Shown: in pieces, positions 49,765 to 58,093 of the stretch
Numbering within the stretch: the first letter of the stretch is position 1
Layout: each line of letters opens with the position of its first letter
Notes under the pieces: generated by a model
What the model was told of the DNA's origin: nothing
The model's database searches: none
What the model saw: only the letters and a program-made list of their open reading frames with translations
Origin: an uncultured Actinomycetota bacterium
GTDB taxonomy: Bacteria; Actinomycetota; Actinomycetes; S36-B12; UBA10799
Assembly (NCBI GenBank): GCA_963818505.1
Contig: CAWFSJ010000006.1
Span: 33,296 to 97,295 of the forward strand
Length of the DNA: 64,000 nt
Reading direction: 5' to 3'
Position numbers and translations under genes: made by a program

Positions 49765-51174
49765 ATGGCTGCTCGACGCCGTCGTTGGCCGCGCGTGCTC
49801 GCCGGAATCGCCTCGTCGCTGGTCCTCGTGGCCACGGGCGCTGCCGCTGCCGGAGCAGTGCTGTACAACCGCCTCGATAGCAACATCAACACCCTCGACA
49901 CCACCGACCAGCTCGGAACCCGGCCCGTCAAGGAAGTCTCCCCCACGGAGCCCATCAACATACTGGTGATGGGCTCGGACAGCCGCACCGGCAAGGGCAA
50001 CAACAAGAAGTACGGCAACTCGGCCAACGCCGGTATCGAGGGTCAGCGAAGTGACACGACTCTTCTGTTCCACATCTCCGGGGATCGCACTCGCGCTCTG
50101 GGAATGAGCATCCCGCGCGACTCGCTAGTGACACTGCCCACCTGCAAGAACAGCCAAGGCGTCCCCCAGGGTGGGTACACCGGCCGGTTCAACGAAGCCT
50201 TCGACATCGGCGGTCCGGGCTGCACGATCAAGGCCGTGGAGCAACTCACCGGCATTTACGTCGACCATTTCGTGGTCGTCGACTTCAACGGTTTCAAGAA
50301 GATGGTCGATGCCGTCGGCGGGGTTGAGGTCTGCCTGCGCGAACCGGTCAACGACTACCACTCACGGCTGAACCTGCCGGCCGGCAAGCAGACGATCAGC
50401 GGAGAGGACGCCCTGGCCTTCGTGCGTGCCCGCGAGACCCTCGGGGACGGCAGCGACATCCAGCGGATCCAGCGCCAACAGGACTTCATCTCCTCGATGA
50501 TCCGTAAGGTCACCAGCGCCGGTGTGCTCACCAACCCGATCAAGCTCTTCAATCTTCTGGACGCCGGCACGAAGTCGCTGACGACCGACCAGAACCTCTC
50601 CAGCCTCAAGTCGATCCAGCAGATAGCTGAGTCGATGGTCGACATCCGTCCGTCGGACGTGACGTTCGTGACCGTCCCGTTCACGTACAACTCCGACATG
50701 TCCACTGTCTCCTGGGACCCCGTCAAGTCCGAGAAGATGTTCAAGGCCGTCATCAACGACAAGCCCTGGCCGGAACCTGCCACCGTGCCGCCCGGCCAGG
50801 ATCCCTTGACCGTTCCGCCCGAGTCAATCGACGTGGTCGTGGTCAACGGGACTCCGCAACCGAACTTCGCACTCAAGGTGGCCGAGGAACTGCAGGCCCA
50901 GGGCTACAACGTCGTAGCGACCCGGGGCAGCGACACCGATGTCGCCACGACGAGCCTGACGTACGCACCCGACAAGGCCGAGGCGGCTCGCACGCTGGCT
51001 TACGCCGCGGGGGCCACCGAGACCAAGGTCAAGACGTCGGCGGGAACCAGCATCGTGCTGAAGGTCGGCACCGACTTCACCTCGATCAGCCCCGTCATCA
51101 CCAAGAAACAGAAGAAGGACCCGGCCGATACGTCCGCGCCGAAGACCGCTGATTCGTCCATCTGCGTGAGTTGA
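49765..51174 (+). CDS. LCP (LytR-CpsA-Psr) family cell-wall glycopolymer ligase with LytR_C domain
   Basis: GGAGG lies 5 nt upstream of the ATG. It has an N-terminal TM segment, the LCP core (INILVMGSDSR...RSDTTLLFHI...IPRDS) and a C-terminal LytR_C-like domain (VVVVNGTPQPNFALKVAEELQAQGY). Confidence 0.9.
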   Translation: MAARRRRWPRVLAGIASSLVLVATGAAAAGAVLYNRLDSNINTLDTTDQLGTRPVKEVSPTEPINILVMGSDSRTGKGNNKKYGNSANAGIEGQRSDTTLLFHISGDRTRALGMSIPRDSLVTLPTCKNSQGVPQGGYTGRFNEAFDIGGPGCTIKAVEQLTGIYVDHFVVVDFNGFKKMVDAVGGVEVCLREPVNDYHSRLNLPAGKQTISGEDALAFVRARETLGDGSDIQRIQRQQDFISSMIRKVTSAGVLTNPIKLFNLLDAGTKSLTTDQNLSSLKSIQQIAESMVDIRPSDVTFVTVPFTYNSDMSTVSWDPVKSEKMFKAVINDKPWPEPATVPPGQDPLTVPPESIDVVVVNGTPQPNFALKVAEELQAQGYNVVATRGSDTDVATTSLTYAPDKAEAARTLAYAAGATETKVKTSAGTSIVLKVGTDFTSISPVITKKQKKDPADTSAPKTADSSICVS

Positions 51175-52040
51175 TGTCCACCGACTACGCCGTGGTGCTG
51201 CTTACGCAAGGGCTGCGGCCCACCGAGTTACGCCGAGCCATTGATTCGGTCCTGGCACAGCAAGACGTCACCTGCGACGTGCTCGTCGTGGGTAATGGCT
51301 GGGAACCCACGGATCTGCCTGCCGGGGTCCGGGGCCTGGGTCTGAGCGAGAACGTCGGGATTCCCGCAGGGCGTAACGCCGGCGTCGGCGCCACCACTGC
51401 GCCGATGATCTTCTTTCTCGACGACGACGCGTGGCTGCCTGAGGTGGATACGCTGGCCCGGATTTCTGCCATGTTCGAGGCGAATCCCCGGTTCGGCCTC
51501 ATCCAGCCGCGCGTCACAGACCCCGACTCGGCCGGTGATCCCACTCGCTGGATCCCCCGGATGCACAAGGGGGATCCCCGACACAGCAGCGCGGTGTTCA
51601 GCGTCTGGGAGGGAGCGGTTGCGATCCCGCGCGATGTCTTCGAGTGCACCGGCGGCTGGCCCGATCCATTCTTCTACGCCCACGAGGGCATCGAGTTGGC
51701 CTGGCGGGTCTGGGACTGCGACCGGATCGTCTGGTACGCCGGTGATCTTGTGGCCCACCATCCGGTCATCGACCCACGCCGCCACGACGAGTACTACCGG
51801 CTCAATGCGCGCAACCGGGTTTGGCTGGCACGCAGGAATCTGCCTTGGCCGGTCGGGATCCCCTACATCGCCACGTGGACGGCAGTGCAACGGATCCGGT
51901 CGCGCAGTGACGCCCAGGCTTGGCACTCGTGGTGGTCCGGTTTTCAGGAGGGCTGGTCGGCCGATCCTGGGCCGCGGCGACCGGTTGCCTGGTCGACCGT
52001 CTGGGAGATGGCCCGCTACGGCCGCCCGCCGGTGGTTTGA
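51174..52040 (+). CDS. glycosyltransferase family 2 protein
   Basis: The ATG at 51174 shares one nt with the LCP stop. GT-A features are present (VVLLTQG...VLVVGNG, ENVGIPAGRN, FFLDDDAW). Confidence 0.8.
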   Translation: MSTDYAVVLLTQGLRPTELRRAIDSVLAQQDVTCDVLVVGNGWEPTDLPAGVRGLGLSENVGIPAGRNAGVGATTAPMIFFLDDDAWLPEVDTLARISAMFEANPRFGLIQPRVTDPDSAGDPTRWIPRMHKGDPRHSSAVFSVWEGAVAIPRDVFECTGGWPDPFFYAHEGIELAWRVWDCDRIVWYAGDLVAHHPVIDPRRHDEYYRLNARNRVWLARRNLPWPVGIPYIATWTAVQRIRSRSDAQAWHSWWSGFQEGWSADPGPRRPVAWSTVWEMARYGRPPVV

Positions 52041-53278
52041 CCCCCGCGCCGTTCGACCTCGGCCACCTCGCCAGCACCGTACACGGACACCTCCCGCGTC
52101 GCGTTTATGAACCGCTGGGTGGATGCGCCGGCCGTCACGTCGCCGAAGTGCCGCTGCACCCAATAGCCCCGCTCGTCGCGCAGCGTGTCCGACTCGAGGG
52201 CACGATCGACCAGTGCCGCGGCCGCGCCGGCGTCGCCCGCGGACAGGCGGTAGCACGCCGATAAGAAGTTGCTGTGAGCGCCAACAGCCGACTCCGAGGC
52301 GGGGATCGTGACGATCAGCGGTTTGCCTGTGACCAACCAGTCGAAGGCCATCGCGGAGTTGTCCAGGATAGCCACGTCGGACTCGGCGATCTGCCAGTCG
52401 ATCTTGCCGGCTGTGTCGATCACGTGCGGGTGACTACCGGGCTGCATCTGCGCATTGGCACGCTCCAGAGTCGCCCGTATCTGCTTGTCGGCCAAACCGT
52501 AGCCCGGCGAATGGGTGCCAGACAACGGGTGCGGGCGGTAGATGACGCGGTAACCGGCCGCCAACAGACCGGTGACGATAGCCCGGCCGGAGGATTCGAT
52601 CGATCCGTACGCCATCGAGGGCCGGTCGCCCTCCCAGGTAGGCGCGTAGAGCACCGTGCGCACATCAGAGCGGCCGCTGCGGTCAGCGGGCAGGAAGTCC
52701 AGTTGAGGCCTGCCGATCTGGCGGGTCCGTACAGCTGGGTCGTACATGGGAAGGGAGTTCAAGATCCGCTCATAGGCGGCCTGACCCGCGATGAAGGCGA
52801 AGTCGTAGGCGCGCAACTGGCCGCTGGACATGTAGCCCTTCTCGCTCTCGCCGTGTGAGATGAAGACATGCGCCGCCCGGCCGTACCGCATGAGCTGGAA
52901 ATTGCGCACCGACTGGTTGACGTACAGGACCACCCGCGGATCAGCGGCAGTCATGTAGTTCTCCATGTCGTGAAGATTGCGCATGTACACCACAGGCAAG
53001 GAACACTCCTGCGCCACGACCCTGGCGATGGTGGCCTTGCGCACGGAGATCACCGTGGGAAGAACTTCCCCAAGAGCCACGAGCGGCTCGTACCACTGAC
53101 GCAACTGGTAGAGGTACAGATCGGGGTCCTCGTCGGCGAAGTGCGCCATAACGGTGGCAGGTGGGACAACGGCTGGTTGCGCCTGCAGAAACCTGCGGTC
53201 CTTCGCGTCGCGAGATGCCCGACGCACCCTCAGATACTCGGTCCGGACCAGTCGACCGGCCTTCGCAGCGACGCTCAC
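52016..53278 (-). CDS. CDP-glycerol glycerophosphotransferase (TagB/TagF)-like family protein
   Basis: 420 aa with a GTG start. Divergent Glyphos_transf pattern (FISHGESEKGYM, LYAPTWEGDRPSMAYGS, AILDNSAMAFDW). It is a paralogue of 55513..56820. Its 3' end overlaps the convergent GT2 gene by 25 nt. Confidence 0.65.
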   Translation of the reverse strand: MSVAAKAGRLVRTEYLRVRRASRDAKDRRFLQAQPAVVPPATVMAHFADEDPDLYLYQLRQWYEPLVALGEVLPTVISVRKATIARVVAQECSLPVVYMRNLHDMENYMTAADPRVVLYVNQSVRNFQLMRYGRAAHVFISHGESEKGYMSSGQLRAYDFAFIAGQAAYERILNSLPMYDPAVRTRQIGRPQLDFLPADRSGRSDVRTVLYAPTWEGDRPSMAYGSIESSGRAIVTGLLAAGYRVIYRPHPLSGTHSPGYGLADKQIRATLERANAQMQPGSHPHVIDTAGKIDWQIAESDVAILDNSAMAFDWLVTGKPLIVTIPASESAVGAHSNFLSACYRLSAGDAGAAAALVDRALESDTLRDERGYWVQRHFGDVTAGASTQRFINATREVSVYGAGEVAEVERRGGQTTGGRP

Positions 53279-53369
53279 GGGCGCACAATAGCAGCCGGGT
53301 GGGAGCAGCCCCGCGGCTCACGTGCAAGGGTACGATTGACCCCGAACCCGACGAACGGAGTGTTTGCCC

Positions 53370-54065
53370 ATGACGATCCAGGTGGCGATCCTGGCCGCAG
53401 GTATGGGCACCCGCCTCGGGAGGCCTTGGCCGAAACCCTTGACCAAGCTCCATGACGGTCGCAGCATCATGGGCCAGCAGCGCGAGAACATCGCCGCGGT
53501 GTTCGGGGATCAGGCGAAGGTGATCACCGTGGTGGGGTTCAAGCTCGAGTCGATCCTCGAGGCGTTCCCCGACGGCCTGTTCGTCTACAACGAGAACTTC
53601 GACACCACCAACACCTCCAAGAGCCTGCTCAAGGCCCTTGAATCCTCCGCTGAGGGCCCGGTGTTGTGGATGAACGGGGACGTCGTGTTCGATCCGCAGG
53701 TGCTCGCCCGGCTTGAGAGCAACATCCTGCGCGGGGACAACGTGATCTGCGTGAACACGGCCACCGTCGCCGAGGAGGAGGTCAAGTACACCGTCGACGC
53801 CGAAGGTTACGTGCACCTGCTCAGCAAGAAGGTGGAGAACGCGCTTGGCGAGGCTGTGGGCATCAACCTCGTGTCCGCCAAGGACAAAGCCCGTCTCATC
53901 GAGTGTCTTGTGGCCTGTAACGAGCAGGACTACTTCGAGCGCGGCATCGAACTGGCCATCGAGAGTTTCGGGATCAAGTTCACCCCGGTCGACATCTCCG
54001 ACCTGTTCGCGGTGGAGATCGACTTCGAGGCAGACCTCGATCGGGTGAACGACGCGCGCCTCTAG
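53370..54065 (+). CDS. LicC-like nucleotidyltransferase (phospho-alcohol cytidylyltransferase family)
   Basis: The ATG at 53370 has GGAG 9 nt upstream. The N-terminal motif is VAILAAGMGTRLG...KPL. Size and layout resemble LicC-like CTP:phosphocholine cytidylyltransferases. The substrate cannot be inferred from sequence. Confidence 0.7.
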   Translation: MTIQVAILAAGMGTRLGRPWPKPLTKLHDGRSIMGQQRENIAAVFGDQAKVITVVGFKLESILEAFPDGLFVYNENFDTTNTSKSLLKALESSAEGPVLWMNGDVVFDPQVLARLESNILRGDNVICVNTATVAEEEVKYTVDAEGYVHLLSKKVENALGEAVGINLVSAKDKARLIECLVACNEQDYFERGIELAIESFGIKFTPVDISDLFAVEIDFEADLDRVNDARL

Positions 54066-54102
54066 GCTCAATTCCTGACCGGCAATGGTCGATGGAGCAA
54101 TT

Positions 54103-55398
54103 GTGAAGTACGTAATTGGTGCTGCGGTACTCGCTGTCGGATTGGTCGGACCAACTCCAGCGATGGCCGACGACTCCCCACCTCTGCGGGCTGGTGAAGT
54201 GGTCCGCGAGCGAGGCTTCGTCGCGCGCGTGACCGATGGCGACACCTTGCGTTTCGCCAATACCGCGAACCGCCGGACGAACAACTACGAGGTCATCCGC
54301 CTGATCGGGGTGCAGGCACCAGAGGTCTCCCGCAAGGGATTCCACGCCGGGGAGTGCAACGGCGACCTTGCCCAGTCGGTGCTCGTGGACATCGCCGAGG
54401 GCAGGCGGGCCGTACTCGCGTCCGCGCACGACACACGCGACACCCAACGAGACCGCAAGCTTCGCACTGTCTACATACAGGACGCCAACGGCGGCTGGAT
54501 CGACCTGGCGGCTGAAATGTTGCGTCGCGGATGGGGGCAATGGTTCCCGAAGAAGACCGAACCGGCCCACAATCTGCAGTACCGGGAACTCAGTGAGGCC
54601 GCGCAGGCGCAGGGCCGAAACATCTGGGACCCGACAAACTGCGGCACCAAGTACTCACCCGGCGTCCCCCTGCAGATGTGGATCCAACCGGACCCGAGTG
54701 GCAACGACTGGCAGAACGTCAATGGCGAGTACATCCGCATCGCCAACATGTCCACGGACACCGTCGCTGACCTTTCCGGCTGGAGCCTGCGCGATGGCAG
54801 CCTGAATTGGCTTCGGTTCCCCGACGGCGTGTCGATCGCCCCCAACGATGCGTTGATCGTGCGCGTGGGCCAGGGCCAGCACAGCGCCAACACCTTCTAC
54901 TGGGGCCGTAAGCGCCCGGTGTTCAGCAACCTCGGTGTGACCGACGACTACATGGGCGACGGGGCTTACCTCATCGACAAGCAGGGCAACGTGCGCGCCT
55001 ACTACGTCTACCCGTGCCTTGGTTCGTGTGAGGATCCGCGCATGGGCGCCGTCCAGATCACCAAGGTGCGCGACGACCCGCCGGGCAACGAGGTGAGCAA
55101 ACCCAACCAGGAGTATGTGCGCATCCGAAACCGCGGCTCGGAGTCGTACTCGATGATCGGCTACGAGATCCGGATCGGCGGTTGGACCCGCGAGTTCGGA
55201 TCCGGGGACACCCTGGCTCCTGGCGCCAGCCTGACGGTGAGGATCGGCAAGGGACAAGACCATGCAGCCACGCGGTTCTTCGGCATGCACCACTCGATCC
55301 TGAACAACTCCGGCGACCTCGTGGCGCTGCGATCCTTCGACGCCCGGGTGATCGACTGTTACGGATACGGGCGGTTCCGCAGCCGCAAGTGTTACTGA
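54103..55398 (+). CDS. secreted thermonuclease (SNase) fused to two lamin-tail domains
   Basis: GTG at 54103, preceded by GGAG, gives the signal peptide (M)KYVIGAAVLAVGLVGPTPAMA; an alternative ATG lies at 54085. SNase motifs: VTDGDTLRF, IRLIGVQAPE, RDRKLRTVYI, EMLRRGWG. Two LTD-like segments: NGEYIRIANMSTDTVADLSGWSLRD and NQEYVRIRNRGSESYSMIGYEIRIGG. Confidence 0.8.
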   Translation: MKYVIGAAVLAVGLVGPTPAMADDSPPLRAGEVVRERGFVARVTDGDTLRFANTANRRTNNYEVIRLIGVQAPEVSRKGFHAGECNGDLAQSVLVDIAEGRRAVLASAHDTRDTQRDRKLRTVYIQDANGGWIDLAAEMLRRGWGQWFPKKTEPAHNLQYRELSEAAQAQGRNIWDPTNCGTKYSPGVPLQMWIQPDPSGNDWQNVNGEYIRIANMSTDTVADLSGWSLRDGSLNWLRFPDGVSIAPNDALIVRVGQGQHSANTFYWGRKRPVFSNLGVTDDYMGDGAYLIDKQGNVRAYYVYPCLGSCEDPRMGAVQITKVRDDPPGNEVSKPNQEYVRIRNRGSESYSMIGYEIRIGGWTREFGSGDTLAPGASLTVRIGKGQDHAATRFFGMHHSILNNSGDLVALRSFDARVIDCYGYGRFRSRKCY

Positions 55399-55512
55399 GG
55401 TCCAACATGGCTTGCGCCGCCGGCGTGTCGCGGGAACTTCGCGACATTGGCGATGTGTGCTCGCAGAGGCGACGGGAATCGGGGGCTGACCGCGCCTTGA
55501 TATGATTCCGGC

Positions 55513-56820
55513 ATGCCCAGCAAGGCCAAGAACATCTATTGGGCCGTGCGCCGTGTGTGGAATTCCCGCAATTCAGGGCAGATGCTCGCTGCGTGGGAGA
55601 ACCAGACCGGCGACCGTGCGCTGCCCGATGACCATTTCGAGACGATGGTCTACTACGCCGACGGCATCGTGAACATGTACCAACTACGGCAGTGGTACGA
55701 CGCGCTCAAGGCCCTCGATGAGCAGTCGCCCGTCGTCCTTGTCTGCCGGTCGGTCTCGTCGGCCTTGGCCCTGCTCGAGGAATCCCCTGTCCCGGTGGTT
55801 TACGGCGGACGCATCGAGGACATCGAGAACCTCGTCAACCGCCAGCGCTTCAAGACGGTGCTGTACGTCAACCAGAACACCCGCAACTTCCAGATGATGC
55901 GTTTCGCTTCAATGCTCCACGTCTTCATCAGTCACGGCGAGAGTGACAAGTCGTACATGACCTCGGGCCAGATGAAGTGCTACGACTACGCCTTCATCGC
56001 TGGGGACGCCGCTGCGAACCGCCTCAGCCAGGCGCTCATGGGATACGACGTGGAATCACGCACAAAGCGCATCGGACGACCGCAGCTGGACACCGTCGCC
56101 ACTGGTGGCCCTGCACTTGTCGACGATGACCGGACCGTGGTCTTCTACGCCCCGACGTGGGAAGGGGATCGGCCGAGTATGAGTTACGGGTCCTTGGCCT
56201 CCCACGGCGTGACCATGACCCGCGCCTTGCTCGCCTCGGGCCGGCATCGGGTGATCGTGCGGTCACACCCGCGTACAGGTGTGGTTTCGGCCGATCACAA
56301 GGCCGCCAGCGACGAGATCGCAATGCTGATCTCCCAGGCGAACCTCACCGACCCTTCCGCCGGTCACATCTTCGACCAGACGCCCACCTTCGATTGGCAG
56401 TTGCAGAAGGCCGACGTGTGCATCACCGACGTCAGCGCAGCCGCCCTCGACTGGCTGGCCACCGGCAAACCGCTGCTGGTCACCAAGCCGGCCTCCCGTA
56501 ACGCACTGCTGCCCGACACCGGATACCTCGCGACCCTGAACCTGCTGCCCGCCAAGCGAGCCGGGGAGATCGTGGCGGTCCTGGACGAGGTGATCGCGGA
56601 CCCGGGACTGGCAGAACAGCGTGAGCACTGGGTCACCTACTACTTCGGTGACACAACCCCCGGCGCCCCCACCGCGGCCTTCCTGCAAGCCTGCCGGGAG
56701 CTGCGCGAGGAGCGAGACCGGTTGATGGCCGAGCTGCCCGGCGAGAAGCTCGCCGACAACGGGCCCAGCGACGCCCACCGCGACATCACCGAATTGGAAG
56801 AGATCGAGTTCGAGAGTTAG
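55513..56820 (+). CDS. CDP-glycerol glycerophosphotransferase (TagB/TagF)-like family protein
   Basis: 435 aa. Paralogue of 52016..53278 (MYQLRQWYDAL, LYVNQNTRNFQMMRF, FISHGESDKSYM, FYAPTWEGDRPSMSYGS, CITDVSAAALDW). Confidence 0.65.
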   Translation: MPSKAKNIYWAVRRVWNSRNSGQMLAAWENQTGDRALPDDHFETMVYYADGIVNMYQLRQWYDALKALDEQSPVVLVCRSVSSALALLEESPVPVVYGGRIEDIENLVNRQRFKTVLYVNQNTRNFQMMRFASMLHVFISHGESDKSYMTSGQMKCYDYAFIAGDAAANRLSQALMGYDVESRTKRIGRPQLDTVATGGPALVDDDRTVVFYAPTWEGDRPSMSYGSLASHGVTMTRALLASGRHRVIVRSHPRTGVVSADHKAASDEIAMLISQANLTDPSAGHIFDQTPTFDWQLQKADVCITDVSAAALDWLATGKPLLVTKPASRNALLPDTGYLATLNLLPAKRAGEIVAVLDEVIADPGLAEQREHWVTYYFGDTTPGAPTAAFLQACRELREERDRLMAELPGEKLADNGPSDAHRDITELEEIEFES

Positions 56821-56825
56821 GCCTC

Positions 56826-56894
56826 GTTAGAGGTTGTGCGTCCTGGTTAGCGAATCCACGCGTTGTTTCGCTAACCAACAGCACAACCTCTAAC
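56826..56894. repeat. two-tier palindromic element, copy 2 (possible bidirectional terminator)
   Basis: Outer arms GTTAGAGGTTGTGC (56826-56839) / GCACAACCTCTAAC (56881-56894) and inner arms TGGTTAGCGAA (56844-56854) / TTCGCTAACCA (56867-56877), with the same 12-nt loop as copy 1. It fills the 69-nt gap between convergent genes. Confidence 0.95.
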
Positions 56895-58068
56895 CAGGAC
56901 CTGATCCGCCCGAGACGCCCCGCTTCATCGCGCGGGCCACGCCCTTGGCCGACCAGCGGCGCTGGGGAGCTGACACAGGTGCGGCGGCCTGTTCCACCTG
57001 CGCCTGTTCGACCAAGGCACGCCGCTGGGCCAGCGACTCGGTGACCACACCGATCGCGGCGGCGACCGCGGCATCCATGTCCAGCGCCTGCTGCGGATCG
57101 TCGACACCCGAGCGAGGCTCAGCGGCCAGTGCCTGCGGATCGCCGATCACATGCACCCCGAGAGCGCCCAGGCCGTCGGCAAAACCCTGGCCCAAGGCTG
57201 CGGCCCGCTCGGCTGCCCACTTGGGCGTCTGGACCTTGGCCTCGTCCGGGCCCGGCGTGCGCTTCTCGACCATGTTCAGAACCAGCCCGCGGCGCACCAG
57301 ACTGCTGAACTCATCCCACGACATCTGCCCGACGAGTTCCTTGTTCAACCGGCGCACGAACTCCGCCTCGGCAGCGGTCATGGACCTGTTCTGCAGAAGC
57401 CCTTGGTGCGCGGCGAGCATCCCTTCGTCAAGGCCCAGGAGTCCTTCGAACGCGTTGAAGATGGCGTTTCGATCACCTTCGGCAAGCACGACCGCGTACG
57501 TCCGGTCGGCGCCGACGATTTCTGCCCAGCGTTTGACCTGCTGCACCTGATCGTGGCGCCACCAGAAGTGGTCCGAGCGCGAGGAGGCCTCATCGGAGAG
57601 GACCTTCTCGAGCCACTGCTCGTAACGGATCGTCATGCCGGACTTGACCTGCTGCTGCCAGGCCGAGGGAAGGATCGAGCCGATGGCGCGCAGTGTGACG
57701 ACGACGCTCACTTTCTGCGTGCCGCCAAGGTCCTCGACGATGCGCGCACCCACCTCGGGCTTCACGTCGTCGAGGAACTCGCTGCTGATGATCACGCGGC
57801 CTGGGTAGTCCACCTCTTTGAGCAGTCGCTTCCAGTGCTTCTTGGGTGTGATCCGGGCCCCGTTGCCCCGCCATCCGTAGGGGCGGTCGGCCCCAGCCAG
57901 GATCGCCTTGTGGTGGTACAGACCTTTGCCGGGGTAACGCACCCCGTTCTCCTCGAGCGGCCCGCGAGCCTCGGCCAAAGCCACCTGCAAAGCGGTCGTG
58001 CCGGTCTTGTGCAACCCCACGTGCAGCAGGACTTCGCCGTTGCCGATAGGGGTGATCGATGACTCCAT
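56890..58068 (-). CDS. sulfotransferase-fold-like P-loop protein, paralogue 1 (function unproven)
   Basis: ATG at 58068 (MESSITPIGNGEVLLHVGLHKTGTTALQ...), chosen by analogy with its paralogue. HKTGTT resembles the PAPS 5'-phosphosulfate loop (PKxGTT). Its stop codon TAG lies inside the palindrome arm. Confidence 0.6.
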   Translation of the reverse strand: MESSITPIGNGEVLLHVGLHKTGTTALQVALAEARGPLEENGVRYPGKGLYHHKAILAGADRPYGWRGNGARITPKKHWKRLLKEVDYPGRVIISSEFLDDVKPEVGARIVEDLGGTQKVSVVVTLRAIGSILPSAWQQQVKSGMTIRYEQWLEKVLSDEASSRSDHFWWRHDQVQQVKRWAEIVGADRTYAVVLAEGDRNAIFNAFEGLLGLDEGMLAAHQGLLQNRSMTAAEAEFVRRLNKELVGQMSWDEFSSLVRRGLVLNMVEKRTPGPDEAKVQTPKWAAERAAALGQGFADGLGALGVHVIGDPQALAAEPRSGVDDPQQALDMDAAVAAAIGVVTESLAQRRALVEQAQVEQAAAPVSAPQRRWSAKGVARAMKRGVSGGSGPG

Positions 58069-58093
58069 GGAAACCAATTCTACGAAGTGCGAA

